Source: a virus (lineage: Duplodnaviria > Caudoviricetes). Taken from it: DNA of 59,525 nt. Both the position numbers and the translations under genes were made by a program. The notes below the pieces were generated by a model. The model saw only the letters and a program-made list of their open reading frames with translations, was not told the DNA's origin and ran no database searches. The stretch covers positions 1-59,525 of IMG/VR virus record IMGVR_UViG_3300049854_000016; one strand, written 5' to 3'. Numbering within the stretch: position 1 is the stretch's first letter; every line of letters starts with the position of its first letter. Below are positions 46,391-56,352 of this stretch, piece by piece.

Positions 46391-46957
46391 CTAACCCGCA
46401 GAATACTTCCGCAGGACATGAAAGTTAGATTTCAACTTCACGTTGTTTGCTATTTTATGGACTCTGGCTAAAAATACGTTAATACTCAAGTCCATCTTCA
46501 TCATATTACACTCGGGGCAGCAAGGGACTACATTATCTAAAGTATACCCTTTGTCACTATCTACCCGGTCAACTCCGTTTGCCACAAAACTTCCTCTACA
46601 ACCCTTGTGTGTGAGAACTCTCATGGGGAACTCCCCACAGTAATAACAGGGCTCCAAAACTATTTTTCTAAACTCTTCTTTAGTTAGATTAAATATTCTT
46701 CGTTTGATTTTGGCACTCTTAATATATGCTCCATAATGAGCATTAAATACTGATTCCCCATTACCTAAACTTCTACCATAACAACCACAACTTTTCTTGT
46801 GTCCTGACCTCAAATCACTGGCATTAGAGGAAACAAGATTCCCACAATCACAACGACATTTCCACCAGTAGCCATGTTTATTATCCCGTTTACCTACACC
46901 ACGGATAGCTACTAAGTGTCCGAATCTTTGATTAGTTATGTCTATTCTATTACTCAT
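46391..46957 (-). CDS. HNH-type homing endonuclease
   Basis: DITNQRFGHL...WKCRCDCG...SCGC N-terminal module; CYYCG; GVDRVDSDKGYTLDNVVPCCPECNMMK; AT-rich. Confidence 0.85.
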   Translation of the reverse strand: MSNRIDITNQRFGHLVAIRGVGKRDNKHGYWWKCRCDCGNLVSSNASDLRSGHKKSCGCYGRSLGNGESVFNAHYGAYIKSAKIKRRIFNLTKEEFRKIVLEPCYYCGEFPMRVLTHKGCRGSFVANGVDRVDSDKGYTLDNVVPCCPECNMMKMDLSINVFLARVHKIANNVKLKSNFHVLRKYSAG

Positions 46958-46977
46958 ACTACTCTTAAGTTATAGCA

Positions 46978-47001
46978 GGGGAGACCCCCTTGGGTCTCCC
47001 C
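46978..47001 (-). terminator. Hairpin after the major capsid gene
   Basis: GGGGAGACCC-AAGG-GGGTCTCCCC; U-tract weak. Confidence 0.55.
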
Positions 47002-47016
47002 CACTATTCATCTATT

Positions 47017-48636
47017 TTAGGTACGAGCCACCTCGGTTATATTATAGAGCTTAATCCCGCGCGGGTCTATTGGGGCAATCATATTATATTGGTGGAACGG
47101 TGCCTCAAGCACGTCCATCACAGCACCACCTGTAGTCCGACCGAGCATAAACACGCCCGTATGACCGCCCAGCGGTGCAAGGAACTGTACCTCACCGTCA
47201 GTGCCAGCTCCGCCACTAAGCGGACCGCTCTTGCTGATTGACGGAGGCTGATACCGTTTAATGTTGCCGCCCTGCAGCTTCATGCAGTACAACCGCCCAG
47301 CCGCACACATCGGGTCGACAATCCACCTCAGCAGTCTGCCGTTGAACTCGTAGGCTACCTCGGACCATCCGCCCTTGGCATTCAAAGACTTGCCCTGGCT
47401 GTCATAGAACTTCCGGTTGTTCAGAAGCCCGAACTGCTTCAGGTAGTTCTGAGTCACTCCATTAGTCGTGATAATCGTATCCACCGTAAGGCCGGGGTAC
47501 GAATCCAGGTAGTTCCCGACATACTTGTTGAGAACATCGTCCGTGATGGGGCCGTTAATGGCCACTACCAGGGACTGGAACTGGCTGTAAACACCGACAT
47601 CGAGAGCTTCGCTGCCGGAGCTGCCACCCAGGATATACCCGGTCTGCTTCGTCCAGTCTTCGACGCCCCATGTGGGCATCGGCCTGCCTGTGATATTCTG
47701 GCTACATCCCTTGTATACGATGTAGTCATATTTGTTCACTTCGTTGTTGTTGGTGGTAAGACCCCAGCTGCCGAGGCATGTCCCGCTTACATCATCTGTC
47801 CAGACGGTCAAAGCCCCTGTATCCTGGCTTACACCGACGCAATCGAAGGTACGGCTCAGGTAGTTCACGTTTGTGATAAACACATTCACATAGTACGCGG
47901 CACCCGACGTATGGTAATTACGAACATCCGAACCATCGGTTGCAGTACCGTCCTGCAGGACACCTCCATCTGTCCTGTCACCAGCCACGATGTCGATTGC
48001 CATACCGACCCTGAAGTTATGAATCGTTCCATACTTCTCATCAATGGTAACGCGGACAATATCCGTGCCGGTCTCAGCCGCAGCCGTAATAGCTCCGAGC
48101 ACCTTCACATCGTAACCGCTTGCAGCAGTTACCGGGATGCTATGGAACCCGGTGGCCTCAACCATAGCCTTCAGGTCTCCGATTGCCTTGATGTCCTGCG
48201 AAATCTGCTTGATTTGGCTGGTACTCAGAGCATCCGCCTGCATCCATGTAACCGGAACACTGAAGTTTCCGGTCGTCATGTGCAGGTAGAGAGTCCGTTT
48301 CAGGCTACCGGCGTGGGGTGCTTCACGGGCTGTCGGGTAATTTGACGTATCAACCGTGAAATTCAGCAGCTTGACCTGCGTGCCGATTCCGCCTGTATTG
48401 GAGATGGTAGTCGGACCGTTGGGGTCGGCATACTTGATTAACCCGGCAATACCCGCCGAATAGAGGTGGTTTACTTTCCAAAGTTGCCCGATATTAGAGG
48501 TGTCGGACGACACACCGACGGACGTTGAAACAATGTCCTTGAAGAACGGAGCTACCTGCGGTAATGATTCGTGTATCACTCGCGGTATCTCGTCTATGAT
48601 ATAGTTGCTGAGTTCAGCAATAGCTGTTGAAGCCAT
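47017..48636 (-). CDS. Major capsid protein (HK97-fold candidate)
   Basis: Follows portal and scaffold; GAGGAG RBS; followed by a hairpin; 539 aa with a central insertion-like region. Confidence 0.75.
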   Translation of the reverse strand: MASTAIAELSNYIIDEIPRVIHESLPQVAPFFKDIVSTSVGVSSDTSNIGQLWKVNHLYSAGIAGLIKYADPNGPTTISNTGGIGTQVKLLNFTVDTSNYPTAREAPHAGSLKRTLYLHMTTGNFSVPVTWMQADALSTSQIKQISQDIKAIGDLKAMVEATGFHSIPVTAASGYDVKVLGAITAAAETGTDIVRVTIDEKYGTIHNFRVGMAIDIVAGDRTDGGVLQDGTATDGSDVRNYHTSGAAYYVNVFITNVNYLSRTFDCVGVSQDTGALTVWTDDVSGTCLGSWGLTTNNNEVNKYDYIVYKGCSQNITGRPMPTWGVEDWTKQTGYILGGSSGSEALDVGVYSQFQSLVVAINGPITDDVLNKYVGNYLDSYPGLTVDTIITTNGVTQNYLKQFGLLNNRKFYDSQGKSLNAKGGWSEVAYEFNGRLLRWIVDPMCAAGRLYCMKLQGGNIKRYQPPSISKSGPLSGGAGTDGEVQFLAPLGGHTGVFMLGRTTGGAVMDVLEAPFHQYNMIAPIDPRGIKLYNITEVART

Positions 48637-48710
48637 ACTTATCTCCTCGGCCCTGTGGCCTTCCTGATTAACTTATCTTCATGGCCCCTGCAGAAGAACG
48701 GCTGTGCTAA

Positions 48711-49628
48711 CTACTTCTCTTTAACCTGGGTACTTTTCCTGAACATCTGCCCAAGCCTGATAACAGCGTTGTCATGGTAGTTCGGGTCATTCGAGTCAAC
48801 TCGCTTGGTTGGCTCGTCAGAATAGACTTCAGCCGGGAGGTCTCCTATCTGCCCAAGACCGGCGAGTAAACTTACCCTGTCGGCTTTCTTGGACGACTTC
48901 GATGGGATACCGAGCTTCTTAATTTCGGCTCTAACCATCTGGATAGAGTTCCGAATCATCTCGGTCCCAAATTTCTCCTTTGTATAAGGCGAAGCCAAAA
49001 TCTTAGTCCGAACATCACGCTGCACCATCGCAGTAACCGCTGCCTTAATATCAGGCTGCTGTTCCTCGGGAGCATCTATCACTATTCTACCAAGTAATTC
49101 GTCTTTGTCAACCTCAGCAGCCACCATATTCTGGATTTTCTTTTCAGCATCCTCAATCTGGCTGTCTTTGGCTGTACGTATAATCTCCTGCATCTCGTCT
49201 GACAGGTCTGCCAACGCTACTTTTTTGGAGGCCCCTGCAGGTGGGGTTGTTTTCTTGTCGTCTGCGTCCCCGGCTTTCTTCGATTCGGCGGTGTAGGCGG
49301 CTACTGCTTCATCCGGGTCCTGCCCCGTCAACTCTGCCAAATGTCGCACATCTGCTGCCGTGAAGTCGCCGGAGTTCACTTTCTCGAAGGCTTTAGCCAG
49401 CTCTATGCCTTTAACCCCCTCCTCCCGTAGCCTGGCTGCTTCGCGGAACTTCTCGTCCGCTCCCGCCGCTTTGCTGGCGTGCTCTTTTAGCTCGTCGAGA
49501 GTGAGGTCGCGAAGCTCACCGTTTATCTTGACCTGATACGTTTCGGGTTTGGGGGGTTCCGGCACTACTGGTGTAGCTGGTATTACGGGTGCCACTGGTG
49601 TTACTGGTTCTACTGTTACATCTGCCAT
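48711..49628 (-). CDS. Capsid scaffolding protein
   Basis: Pro-rich N-terminus, YQVKINGELRDLTLDELK, charged helices; located between portal and capsid. Confidence 0.75.
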   Translation of the reverse strand: MADVTVEPVTPVAPVIPATPVVPEPPKPETYQVKINGELRDLTLDELKEHASKAAGADEKFREAARLREEGVKGIELAKAFEKVNSGDFTAADVRHLAELTGQDPDEAVAAYTAESKKAGDADDKKTTPPAGASKKVALADLSDEMQEIIRTAKDSQIEDAEKKIQNMVAAEVDKDELLGRIVIDAPEEQQPDIKAAVTAMVQRDVRTKILASPYTKEKFGTEMIRNSIQMVRAEIKKLGIPSKSSKKADRVSLLAGLGQIGDLPAEVYSDEPTKRVDSNDPNYHDNAVIRLGQMFRKSTQVKEK

Positions 49629-49697
49629 ACTGTTTCCTTTCGGCCTGTGAAGGCTTGGAATTTAGAAAAGTTAAATATTTACCCCTTCTGCAGGGGC

Positions 49698-51728
49698 TTA
49701 AAATTGCTGTTGTTGACCTCCACCTCCCTGTTGCTGCATCAGCATCTGCTGCTCCATCTCAATCTGGCCCACGGCCCCCTCAGCTGCCTCCTCCGCGTAT
49801 GGCATACCCTCCGGAACCTGGCCCATCCCGGCTAAATGCTCCTGACGGTGAGCCACGAATCTCTCGCGGACCTCCGGGGATGCAAGGAAGAACTCCGGTC
49901 TTGCAATGAACTCGTCTATCTTCATTAAGTGTATCGGGTGCATGTCGTTGTCGGAGTAGATAATCTGGCCGGGTTTCTGACCATCTCCGAACAGCACTAT
50001 ATTCTCCAGGACCGCCCTTCTGTAGTTCTGCCACTCAACCTCACCCCCCACCGGCAGGTCGAGTCCCTCCTTCCTGGCTATAATTCTATATTCTGTAGGC
50101 GTTATGATACCATTCAGCAGGCTGTCCTTCAGCTCCAGCTTCCGCTGCTCTTTGGAGCGGGGTATCGCCGAGGCCACGTTGACTATAACTTCGTCGGGGT
50201 GTGGGATGGCATTATCCGTGAGCTTCAGCTGGCCGCTCTTCGGGTCAATCAGGATTCCGGCTACCGCGTCGTCAAGGTGTGTGATGTCGAGGACCTTCTC
50301 CTGGCCCCACATCCGCCTTGTTATGTCAAGTGTCACCCTATAGCAGGCACTGAAAGCCTGGGCTATAGCCTTAGCCGTCGGAGTCAGCGGCACATTTGAA
50401 GTCTCGAACAGGAAGCCGAGACCGGCTGCCGAGTCCACACGGCCCGGTGCCCCTCCACCCATCAGCTCATTCGGCTGGTTCGCGATGCTCCGCTGAATAT
50501 CGCCACCCAGCTCCACGATACGGGCTGGCAGCAGGCCGGTGCTGTTGGTTCGTAAGTTGTATGGCTTGTGCTCAGGGGAGATGGGGTCCGGCTCATACTT
50601 GATAACCTTCATGCCGTCTTTACCGCGAACCGCACGGGTCGTGATACCGGCTGTGGTCGGCTCGTATGTGACACCGAACAGGTCCCAATCCTTCACATTC
50701 TGGAATTGCCGGGCCAATGCTCCTTCTATCTCACAGTTCAATGGTATCAGAAGGTCACAATAACTGCGGCCCCAGAAGTTACCAATGTCAATGTCTGTTA
50801 TGATTTGGGGTGGAAACTGCCGTTTCTCTCCCGCGTAGCTGACGCGGTACAGCAGCTTGCCACCTACACACAGGATATACTCGTCCCAGTAGTTATCTTC
50901 TGTCAGGGTCCAGATTTCAGCAGCCTCAGCCACCTTTACCTTAGTCTTGTCTTCTTTGTCGCTGGTAGCCCTGCGGCTTCCGCCTGCGAGGGACTCCATT
51001 TTGGTAGCTGCCGTGAGGTTAGAGACTCCAATCATAACGGAGCCCTGGAACCTGTCGTGGGACTCGACCGGGATAAACCCAGCCGGTACATCCGTAGTTT
51101 TCATCTGCTTGTAGACTTCGGCATCTCCGCGTGGAGTCGTGGCCAGCTCTTTGGCCCAGTCCACCGGGATTATCTTACGCCGCAGCAGGCCCCTTATCCG
51201 CTGATTGTTCTCCACCTCAATAGGTATCGGAAGGATTTCCCAGGGAGGAGCCACTTCGATACCGATTGAATCTTCGTCGATAACCCACGGGATTAGAGCG
51301 AGAGTCCCATACAGCAGAAGCGTGCTGCTGGTTTCAGCTTGTATCTTGTCTACTTTGGGTTTGGGAAATACGGAGTCGAGAACTACCTGCCCGATGCTTG
51401 CCTTCCGCATCCCGTCGAGGCTGATACCTTCCTTGGTGACTACAGGACATAAGTTGAGCTGCATGAGACGGCCAAGCTGAGCCTGGTACTTGCTGACAAT
51501 ATCTTCGTAGCGGAAGTTCAGCACACCCTTCTCGTTCATATATGAGACCTGGAGAGTGCCGTCGGAGTAGTTGATGTTGTCGAATGACCTGACCCCTCGC
51601 ATGTACCATCGGGCGGTCCACCAGTTGATGGCCTGGGGATTTCTCTTCACCTTGCCTTCAGATAATATGTACTCAATGACCTTCTCGGCCTGGTCCTTGT
51701 CTTTTGGAATCGGTATCGTATATGCCAC
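49698..51728 (-). CDS. Portal protein
   Basis: 676 aa downstream of the terminase; SAAGL motif; H..H near the C-terminus and Gln-rich tail as in P22-like portals. Confidence 0.78.
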   Translation of the reverse strand: MAYTIPIPKDKDQAEKVIEYILSEGKVKRNPQAINWWTARWYMRGVRSFDNINYSDGTLQVSYMNEKGVLNFRYEDIVSKYQAQLGRLMQLNLCPVVTKEGISLDGMRKASIGQVVLDSVFPKPKVDKIQAETSSTLLLYGTLALIPWVIDEDSIGIEVAPPWEILPIPIEVENNQRIRGLLRRKIIPVDWAKELATTPRGDAEVYKQMKTTDVPAGFIPVESHDRFQGSVMIGVSNLTAATKMESLAGGSRRATSDKEDKTKVKVAEAAEIWTLTEDNYWDEYILCVGGKLLYRVSYAGEKRQFPPQIITDIDIGNFWGRSYCDLLIPLNCEIEGALARQFQNVKDWDLFGVTYEPTTAGITTRAVRGKDGMKVIKYEPDPISPEHKPYNLRTNSTGLLPARIVELGGDIQRSIANQPNELMGGGAPGRVDSAAGLGFLFETSNVPLTPTAKAIAQAFSACYRVTLDITRRMWGQEKVLDITHLDDAVAGILIDPKSGQLKLTDNAIPHPDEVIVNVASAIPRSKEQRKLELKDSLLNGIITPTEYRIIARKEGLDLPVGGEVEWQNYRRAVLENIVLFGDGQKPGQIIYSDNDMHPIHLMKIDEFIARPEFFLASPEVRERFVAHRQEHLAGMGQVPEGMPYAEEAAEGAVGQIEMEQQMLMQQQGGGGQQQQF

Positions 51729-51732
51729 TTAT

Positions 51733-52008
51733 TTATCCTCTCTGGGTTATTGTCACACCACTCATTTGTGGTTCCGGCTCGGTTAGGGCCCCTGCAGGTG
51801 AAGGGGATTTGATGTCACGGCCCTCACGAATAGCGGCCACTAAACGGGCGGTCCCGAAATCCCCGCTCTTGGCTGCCGAGTAGATGGTCAGCGTATGGAT
51901 GGCGGTTGACAGCTCTCTCCTCAGCTTCCGGTTCTCGGTGTATAATACCAGCACGGTGAACACCAGAGGGAGAACCATTACTGACACTACAGCAATCGTA
52001 ATATCCAT
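51733..52008 (-). CDS. Small membrane protein
   Basis: N-terminal TM helix; AGGAG RBS. Confidence 0.6.
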   Translation of the reverse strand: MDITIAVVSVMVLPLVFTVLVLYTENRKLRRELSTAIHTLTIYSAAKSGDFGTARLVAAIREGRDIKSPSPAGALTEPEPQMSGVTITQRG

Positions 52009-52018
52009 AGTCGTGCTC

Positions 52019-53899
52019 CTAAGCTATTATGCGTGGTTGTTTTCTACTTTCGTAATTACTCTTATTATAATCTATGTTTGCAGATTTAACAAGTAGGCAA
52101 TGAATCTCTTCGGCACTTAAATCGTTGACGTTGATGCCGGACAGCAGGGGTATACCGGCGATGACCGGCTCATCGGAACGGATGCGGTCCAGCAGCGTCT
52201 TCTGGATGGGGGCCTGGGCACCGAACTTCCCCTTCGTATGGATGAGGTAGTTACTGAGCCCCACGATGTCGATGGCATCATCGAAGCGGAGTAACGCGAG
52301 GTCTTTCGTGAAGTTCTCGGTTTGCTCGTAGAGAGCGGAGATGGGCCATTCGGATGAGCGGTGTGAGGGATACTTGATTTTGCCGGACTGGAATCTCCAC
52401 TCCAGCTCTGCAATCCGGGAACCCTTATCCAAACGCTGCGGGGGCCGTATTGGGACCACCCGTGGAACCCATGTAGACAGGCTGCTGTCAACTGACTCTT
52501 TTAGTTTGCTGACAAAATTATCGACGTACTCCCCGAATGAATCCACGAGGCTGCTGCCGGTGCCGAAGAACTCGATACCGATGACGCGGACCTGCCAGGC
52601 CCTTGCCATATTATACAGAATTGGGTAGAACTGGGAGTCCTTCACGCGGCCCAGCCACATATCCATAATCCAGAGGCAGTTGTTGTGGTCATAACCGAGG
52701 ATTCCGACTCCTCTGTAATCATGCTGTCCGGACAGCCCGGAGGCGGGGTCCACTATAGCCACCCGGTACATAGGGCCAAAGACTTCGGAGACCGGCTCCG
52801 ACTTGCTAAGGGTCTCGAAGTTCAAAGAGCTGTCGAGAGACCGGACCTTTACCCGCTCTTTCCAGTTTACGATACGCTTTGAGTGCAGCAGCAGGCTAAT
52901 TTCTTCGGGGGGCATTTCCGAGTAGTCGGGGATATGGTATTCGTTGAATTCGGGGTCGATGGTAAACAGCTTGGTCTCATCTGTTAGCGGTTTGTTGAGA
53001 TATTCTGTGCTGTAGGCTGAAGTTCCGATTTCAGCTTCACGGGCCTTGAGGAACTCCTTTGGCCACAATCCTTCCCATAAGGATTTGGTCCTTGCACTGT
53101 TCTCGGCGGCATAGACCCGGCGGTTCCAGTTCCTGAAGCGGCTGTCGTCTTCTTCACAGGCCCTATACAGAAGGCACCGGCGGTTAATCATAGTACCTAC
53201 CCAGAATAACCCGCAGCCTTTTACAAGCATAGGGATAATCTGGCGGAAGAGAATTTGCTCATACTTCTCGGTGATGATGTACTGGGAACCGGCGGAGCCT
53301 CCCGTGAGGTCTGAGTCAAATTCGGGGTCGTCCATGATAAAGAGACGGGGCCTCGCACCACGCTTTCGGCCCATTATGCTGAAGCCCTCAATTACCGAGC
53401 CGTTCATCAGATGCATGTGGTGTTTGTTCCAGATAGCTCCCCCCCGCTTCGGCCTCAGCACTCCGAAGTCCTCTTGAATCCAGGGGTTCTCGGTTAGCTC
53501 AAGGCTGAGGCGGTCGAATCGCCCTTCAATCAGTTTATCCGTAGACATGGCGATAGCAATGCTAAAGTAGGGTCTGCCGATGGTTAGCAGTAACGGTATC
53601 TCGATGCCCATAACGACCGACTTGCCGAAGCCACGGGGGGCTGCCTGGGCATTACGGGCGTATTGGCCGAGGTCATGGACCATCTGGTAGTGGAACTGGG
53701 GGCTGGGCTTGAATCCGCCGGAGTAGAAAGCATCTCCGCGAGGCCGCAGGTAGAGAGTACGGAACAGAGCCCAAGCATTCACGAGTTTGTCCGGCGTGGA
53801 TTGGTCTCTGATGGTAGCGAGCCTGGCCTCCCTCTGGCCGTCCTTTGTTAAGGTCGGGTAGTCCGGCGGCAGGGGGAAGTAGTTGTTTATTTCACTCAG
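52019..53899 (-). CDS. terL: Terminase large subunit (start uncertain; frame open to 53935)
   Basis: Walker A APRGFGKS, Walker B FIMDDPE, VGT coupling motif, nuclease IVDPASG...HDY and FDDAID. Confidence 0.9.
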   Translation of the reverse strand: MSEINNYFPLPPDYPTLTKDGQREARLATIRDQSTPDKLVNAWALFRTLYLRPRGDAFYSGGFKPSPQFHYQMVHDLGQYARNAQAAPRGFGKSVVMGIEIPLLLTIGRPYFSIAIAMSTDKLIEGRFDRLSLELTENPWIQEDFGVLRPKRGGAIWNKHHMHLMNGSVIEGFSIMGRKRGARPRLFIMDDPEFDSDLTGGSAGSQYIITEKYEQILFRQIIPMLVKGCGLFWVGTMINRRCLLYRACEEDDSRFRNWNRRVYAAENSARTKSLWEGLWPKEFLKAREAEIGTSAYSTEYLNKPLTDETKLFTIDPEFNEYHIPDYSEMPPEEISLLLHSKRIVNWKERVKVRSLDSSLNFETLSKSEPVSEVFGPMYRVAIVDPASGLSGQHDYRGVGILGYDHNNCLWIMDMWLGRVKDSQFYPILYNMARAWQVRVIGIEFFGTGSSLVDSFGEYVDNFVSKLKESVDSSLSTWVPRVVPIRPPQRLDKGSRIAELEWRFQSGKIKYPSHRSSEWPISALYEQTENFTKDLALLRFDDAIDIVGLSNYLIHTKGKFGAQAPIQKTLLDRIRSDEPVIAGIPLLSGINVNDLSAEEIHCLLVKSANIDYNKSNYESRKQPRIIA

Positions 53900-54110
53900 T
53901 TGGCTTATCCATTCTAAACTCTTCGAGAGCTTTATCTATTGCAGGCCCCAGCTTGGTGAGAACTTGTGTAGCTATAGAATTAGCAATATTACGATAAATC
54001 TGGGTATAAAAATCGTGCTTATTCAGAGCAAGTAGAAGCTCCATCTGGCTGATTTTAGCAGAGCATGTATACTCCTGTTGTGCTTCATTTATGAATGTTT
54101 TCAGTTCCAT
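53892..54110 (-). CDS. Hypothetical protein
   Basis: TAATG-coupled; GGAG RBS. Confidence 0.55.
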   Translation of the reverse strand: MELKTFINEAQQEYTCSAKISQMELLLALNKHDFYTQIYRNIANSIATQVLTKLGPAIDKALEEFRMDKPTE

Positions 54111-54547
54111 TACTGGTCTCCAATAATAGGCAGTATCCGGATTACATTAAATAAAGCGAGGACAGTTAGGGCCTGGGCTGCCCACGCGGTGTTACATACG
54201 TCAACGCCCAGTAACATGCGGATTGAGGGCCATGTGTCTTCCAGGAACTTCTCGGACTGGACCTGCTGCCATATCAGCTCCGGGATATTAACGTACCTGC
54301 CGATGACCCATCGCTGGGGCGGGGGTATCGGGGGCATACCCCCCATAAACATCACACGCAACTGGTTCTCGACGGCGGGTAGACCCCACTCCGTATCGAG
54401 AAACTCCTTCAGGCGTTCCAGCTGTGCATCAACCGGCACTATCGGCTCCGGCAGGATGTCTTCGAGGTTCCGACCGAACTCAGAAAAGGTCGATGGAGTC
54501 TGGGGGAGTAGTTCTGACGGAAATTCCTCCGAACTGTCCGGTTGCAT
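54110..54547 (-). CDS. Hypothetical protein
   Basis: Likely start MQPDSS with AAGGAG RBS. Confidence 0.6.
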   Translation of the reverse strand: MQPDSSEEFPSELLPQTPSTFSEFGRNLEDILPEPIVPVDAQLERLKEFLDTEWGLPAVENQLRVMFMGGMPPIPPPQRWVIGRYVNIPELIWQQVQSEKFLEDTWPSIRMLLGVDVCNTAWAAQALTVLALFNVIRILPIIGDQ

Positions 54548-55043
54548 CGTGTACTCCTTCGGGGGGCTTGCAGACACAGGTATCGAGGGTATCGTCGTCA
54601 GTAATTGTTTCTTCTTCATCTGTTGTGGTTTCTTTATCGGCTTCATGTTGTTTCCTTACAGCTAAACGGGGGTCTATCTCTACAAGCTGAGTGTCTGTAG
54701 AGGGGCATTCTTTCTGGTTACGGAGGGAATCCGAGAGGATGCGGCCCGTAAACCGCACCATCTCACCGTCGGCATCGCGGTTCCGTATAGTAGCTACAAT
54801 CATCAGGCCGGAGCGTTCCATTGAGTCTACTACCATCTGGTTAAGGTACTTGATGGCCCCGAGCCTCACTGACTCCTTACCGGCATTCTTGGCTATGTCA
54901 ACGAGGTACTTCAGGGACTTGTTTATGGACCACCCGAGATTATCCAAGGTCGCGAGGATAGTGCCGGGGTCCGTGAAGCTGGAAAGCTCCGAGACCTGCT
55001 TGGGGGTCAGCTTCCTGGTAGTAGTGGCAAGGTCGTTAGCCAT
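54480..55043 (-). CDS. Terminase small subunit candidate
   Basis: Start MANDL; LKYLVDIAKNAGKESVRLGAIKYL helical pattern; upstream of TerL. Confidence 0.45.
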   Translation of the reverse strand: MANDLATTTRKLTPKQVSELSSFTDPGTILATLDNLGWSINKSLKYLVDIAKNAGKESVRLGAIKYLNQMVVDSMERSGLMIVATIRNRDADGEMVRFTGRILSDSLRNQKECPSTDTQLVEIDPRLAVRKQHEADKETTTDEEETITDDDTLDTCVCKPPEGVHDATGQFGGISVRTTPPDSIDLF

Positions 55044-55236
55044 ACAATTCCCCAATAATATGCAGGGTAAAAAACAGCCACCCGACCAAGCCCCAATACA
55101 GCATAAACAAGTTATTTCGTCGGGTCCTGCGGTCCTGCACATCCACAGCTTTGGTTGTCTTCCAGATTAAATGTCCTTTATCTCGTCGTATTCTAACGGA
55201 ATCACCGTCATCTAAATGTATGTTTGCTGGGGTCAT
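55036..55236 (-). CDS. Small membrane protein
   Basis: C-terminal TM helix; ATGA-coupled. Confidence 0.5.
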   Translation of the reverse strand: MTPANIHLDDGDSVRIRRDKGHLIWKTTKAVDVQDRRTRRNNLFMLYWGLVGWLFFTLHIIGELYG

Positions 55237-55685
55237 TGTGTGTACCTTTCTCTCATCTTTGCACGGGTGTCGGCTATCGAAGCGGACTGCTCGCGGGTCG
55301 GGCGACCGGGCTTGGGGGCATCCGGACCGTACGGTATAGGAGACATACCAGCCAGAAGCCGGATTCGCTGGATTTCAGCCAAGTCTTCCGGCGAGAACTT
55401 CTTGCCGAACCGGACTCTCCGACGGTAGGAGTTCTTGATGAGCCTGCGGCAGGCTTTGCAGGAGTAAGAGTGCCCTGTGGTATTACTATCACATAAGTCA
55501 AATTCAGTCAAGAGCAGCTTGATTTCCTGGCAATCCCTGCACCTTTGGTATCTGAGGCAGGAGCCGGTTCTTAGGTAGTCTATAAGGTCCACGATAGGGT
55601 CTTCCCAAGTCGTTATACCTTCAGGTCTTGGGATGGCCTCTATCATATTCGCCAAGTCGTGTGATGTTATTATGTCATGCTGCAT
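55233..55685 (-). CDS. Zinc-finger hypothetical protein
   Basis: CRDC...EF...CKAC; AAGGA RBS. Confidence 0.6.
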   Translation of the reverse strand: MQHDIITSHDLANMIEAIPRPEGITTWEDPIVDLIDYLRTGSCLRYQRCRDCQEIKLLLTEFDLCDSNTTGHSYSCKACRRLIKNSYRRRVRFGKKFSPEDLAEIQRIRLLAGMSPIPYGPDAPKPGRPTREQSASIADTRAKMRERYTQ

Positions 55686-55749
55686 TTCGTTATCCTTTCC
55701 GGAGGCCCCTGCAGAAGGGGTAAAATTAGAATTCTGCTACAACTTTCTT

Positions 55750-55778
55750 ATTATACGCACGCCGCCGCAGTTTTGTTC
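55750..55778 (-). promoter_or_regulatory. GAAC-N17-CGTA promoter (copy 6), upstream of the packaging/structural operon
   Basis: GAACAAAA...CGTATAAT. Confidence 0.7.
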
Positions 55779-55992
55779 GGTTGAAAATAAAAAAATTTTG
55801 GGCTTAATTTTTATAGAAAAACCGCGTTTTTAGGTATTGCAGATAGGGTCCATTATATATACTACCCTCTACGCCGCCCAAAAAACGCCACTTTTTTTCT
55901 GGAGCCCTTATTTTCAGCTCAAAAACGCCACTTTAAAAAATAGAGAGAGAGTTGTAAAGCACCTACAATCCGATAGGGATTTAGGGGATTCG

Positions 55993-56334
55993 TTAGAAGT
56001 AAACGATGAAGGTAGGTTTCTTGGCTTTTTTGGCAAGGCTGATTGTGTGTTCAGTGCCTTTAGATTTGCCGTCCCAGAAAGCGAGAACAATATCGCAGGC
56101 ATCGACTATCTGTTGGTTACGGATGAACCCGGCTGCTTTGCCGTGGGTATTCCATAGAGCCGGGAAGACTACACACTCTATGTGCCGCTCGTCGGAAAAC
56201 TTCGCCCCCAGAGAGTCAGCCCCAGCAGCCCCACCTGAGATTATACAGTCTAATTCTGCATCAAACCACCTCAGGGTGTCATGGAGGAGGTTGTAATCAT
56301 TGAAATCTCTTGAGCCTACTATTGCGAGTTTCAT
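55993..56334 (-). CDS. SLOG-family (DUF2493/YspA-like) protein
   Basis: MKLAIVGSRDF, IISGGAAGAD, AAGFIRN, AFWDGKSKGT. Confidence 0.85.
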   Translation of the reverse strand: MKLAIVGSRDFNDYNLLHDTLRWFDAELDCIISGGAAGADSLGAKFSDERHIECVVFPALWNTHGKAAGFIRNQQIVDACDIVLAFWDGKSKGTEHTISLAKKAKKPTFIVYF

Positions 56335-56352
56335 GGTTTGGTCCCCAATAAA

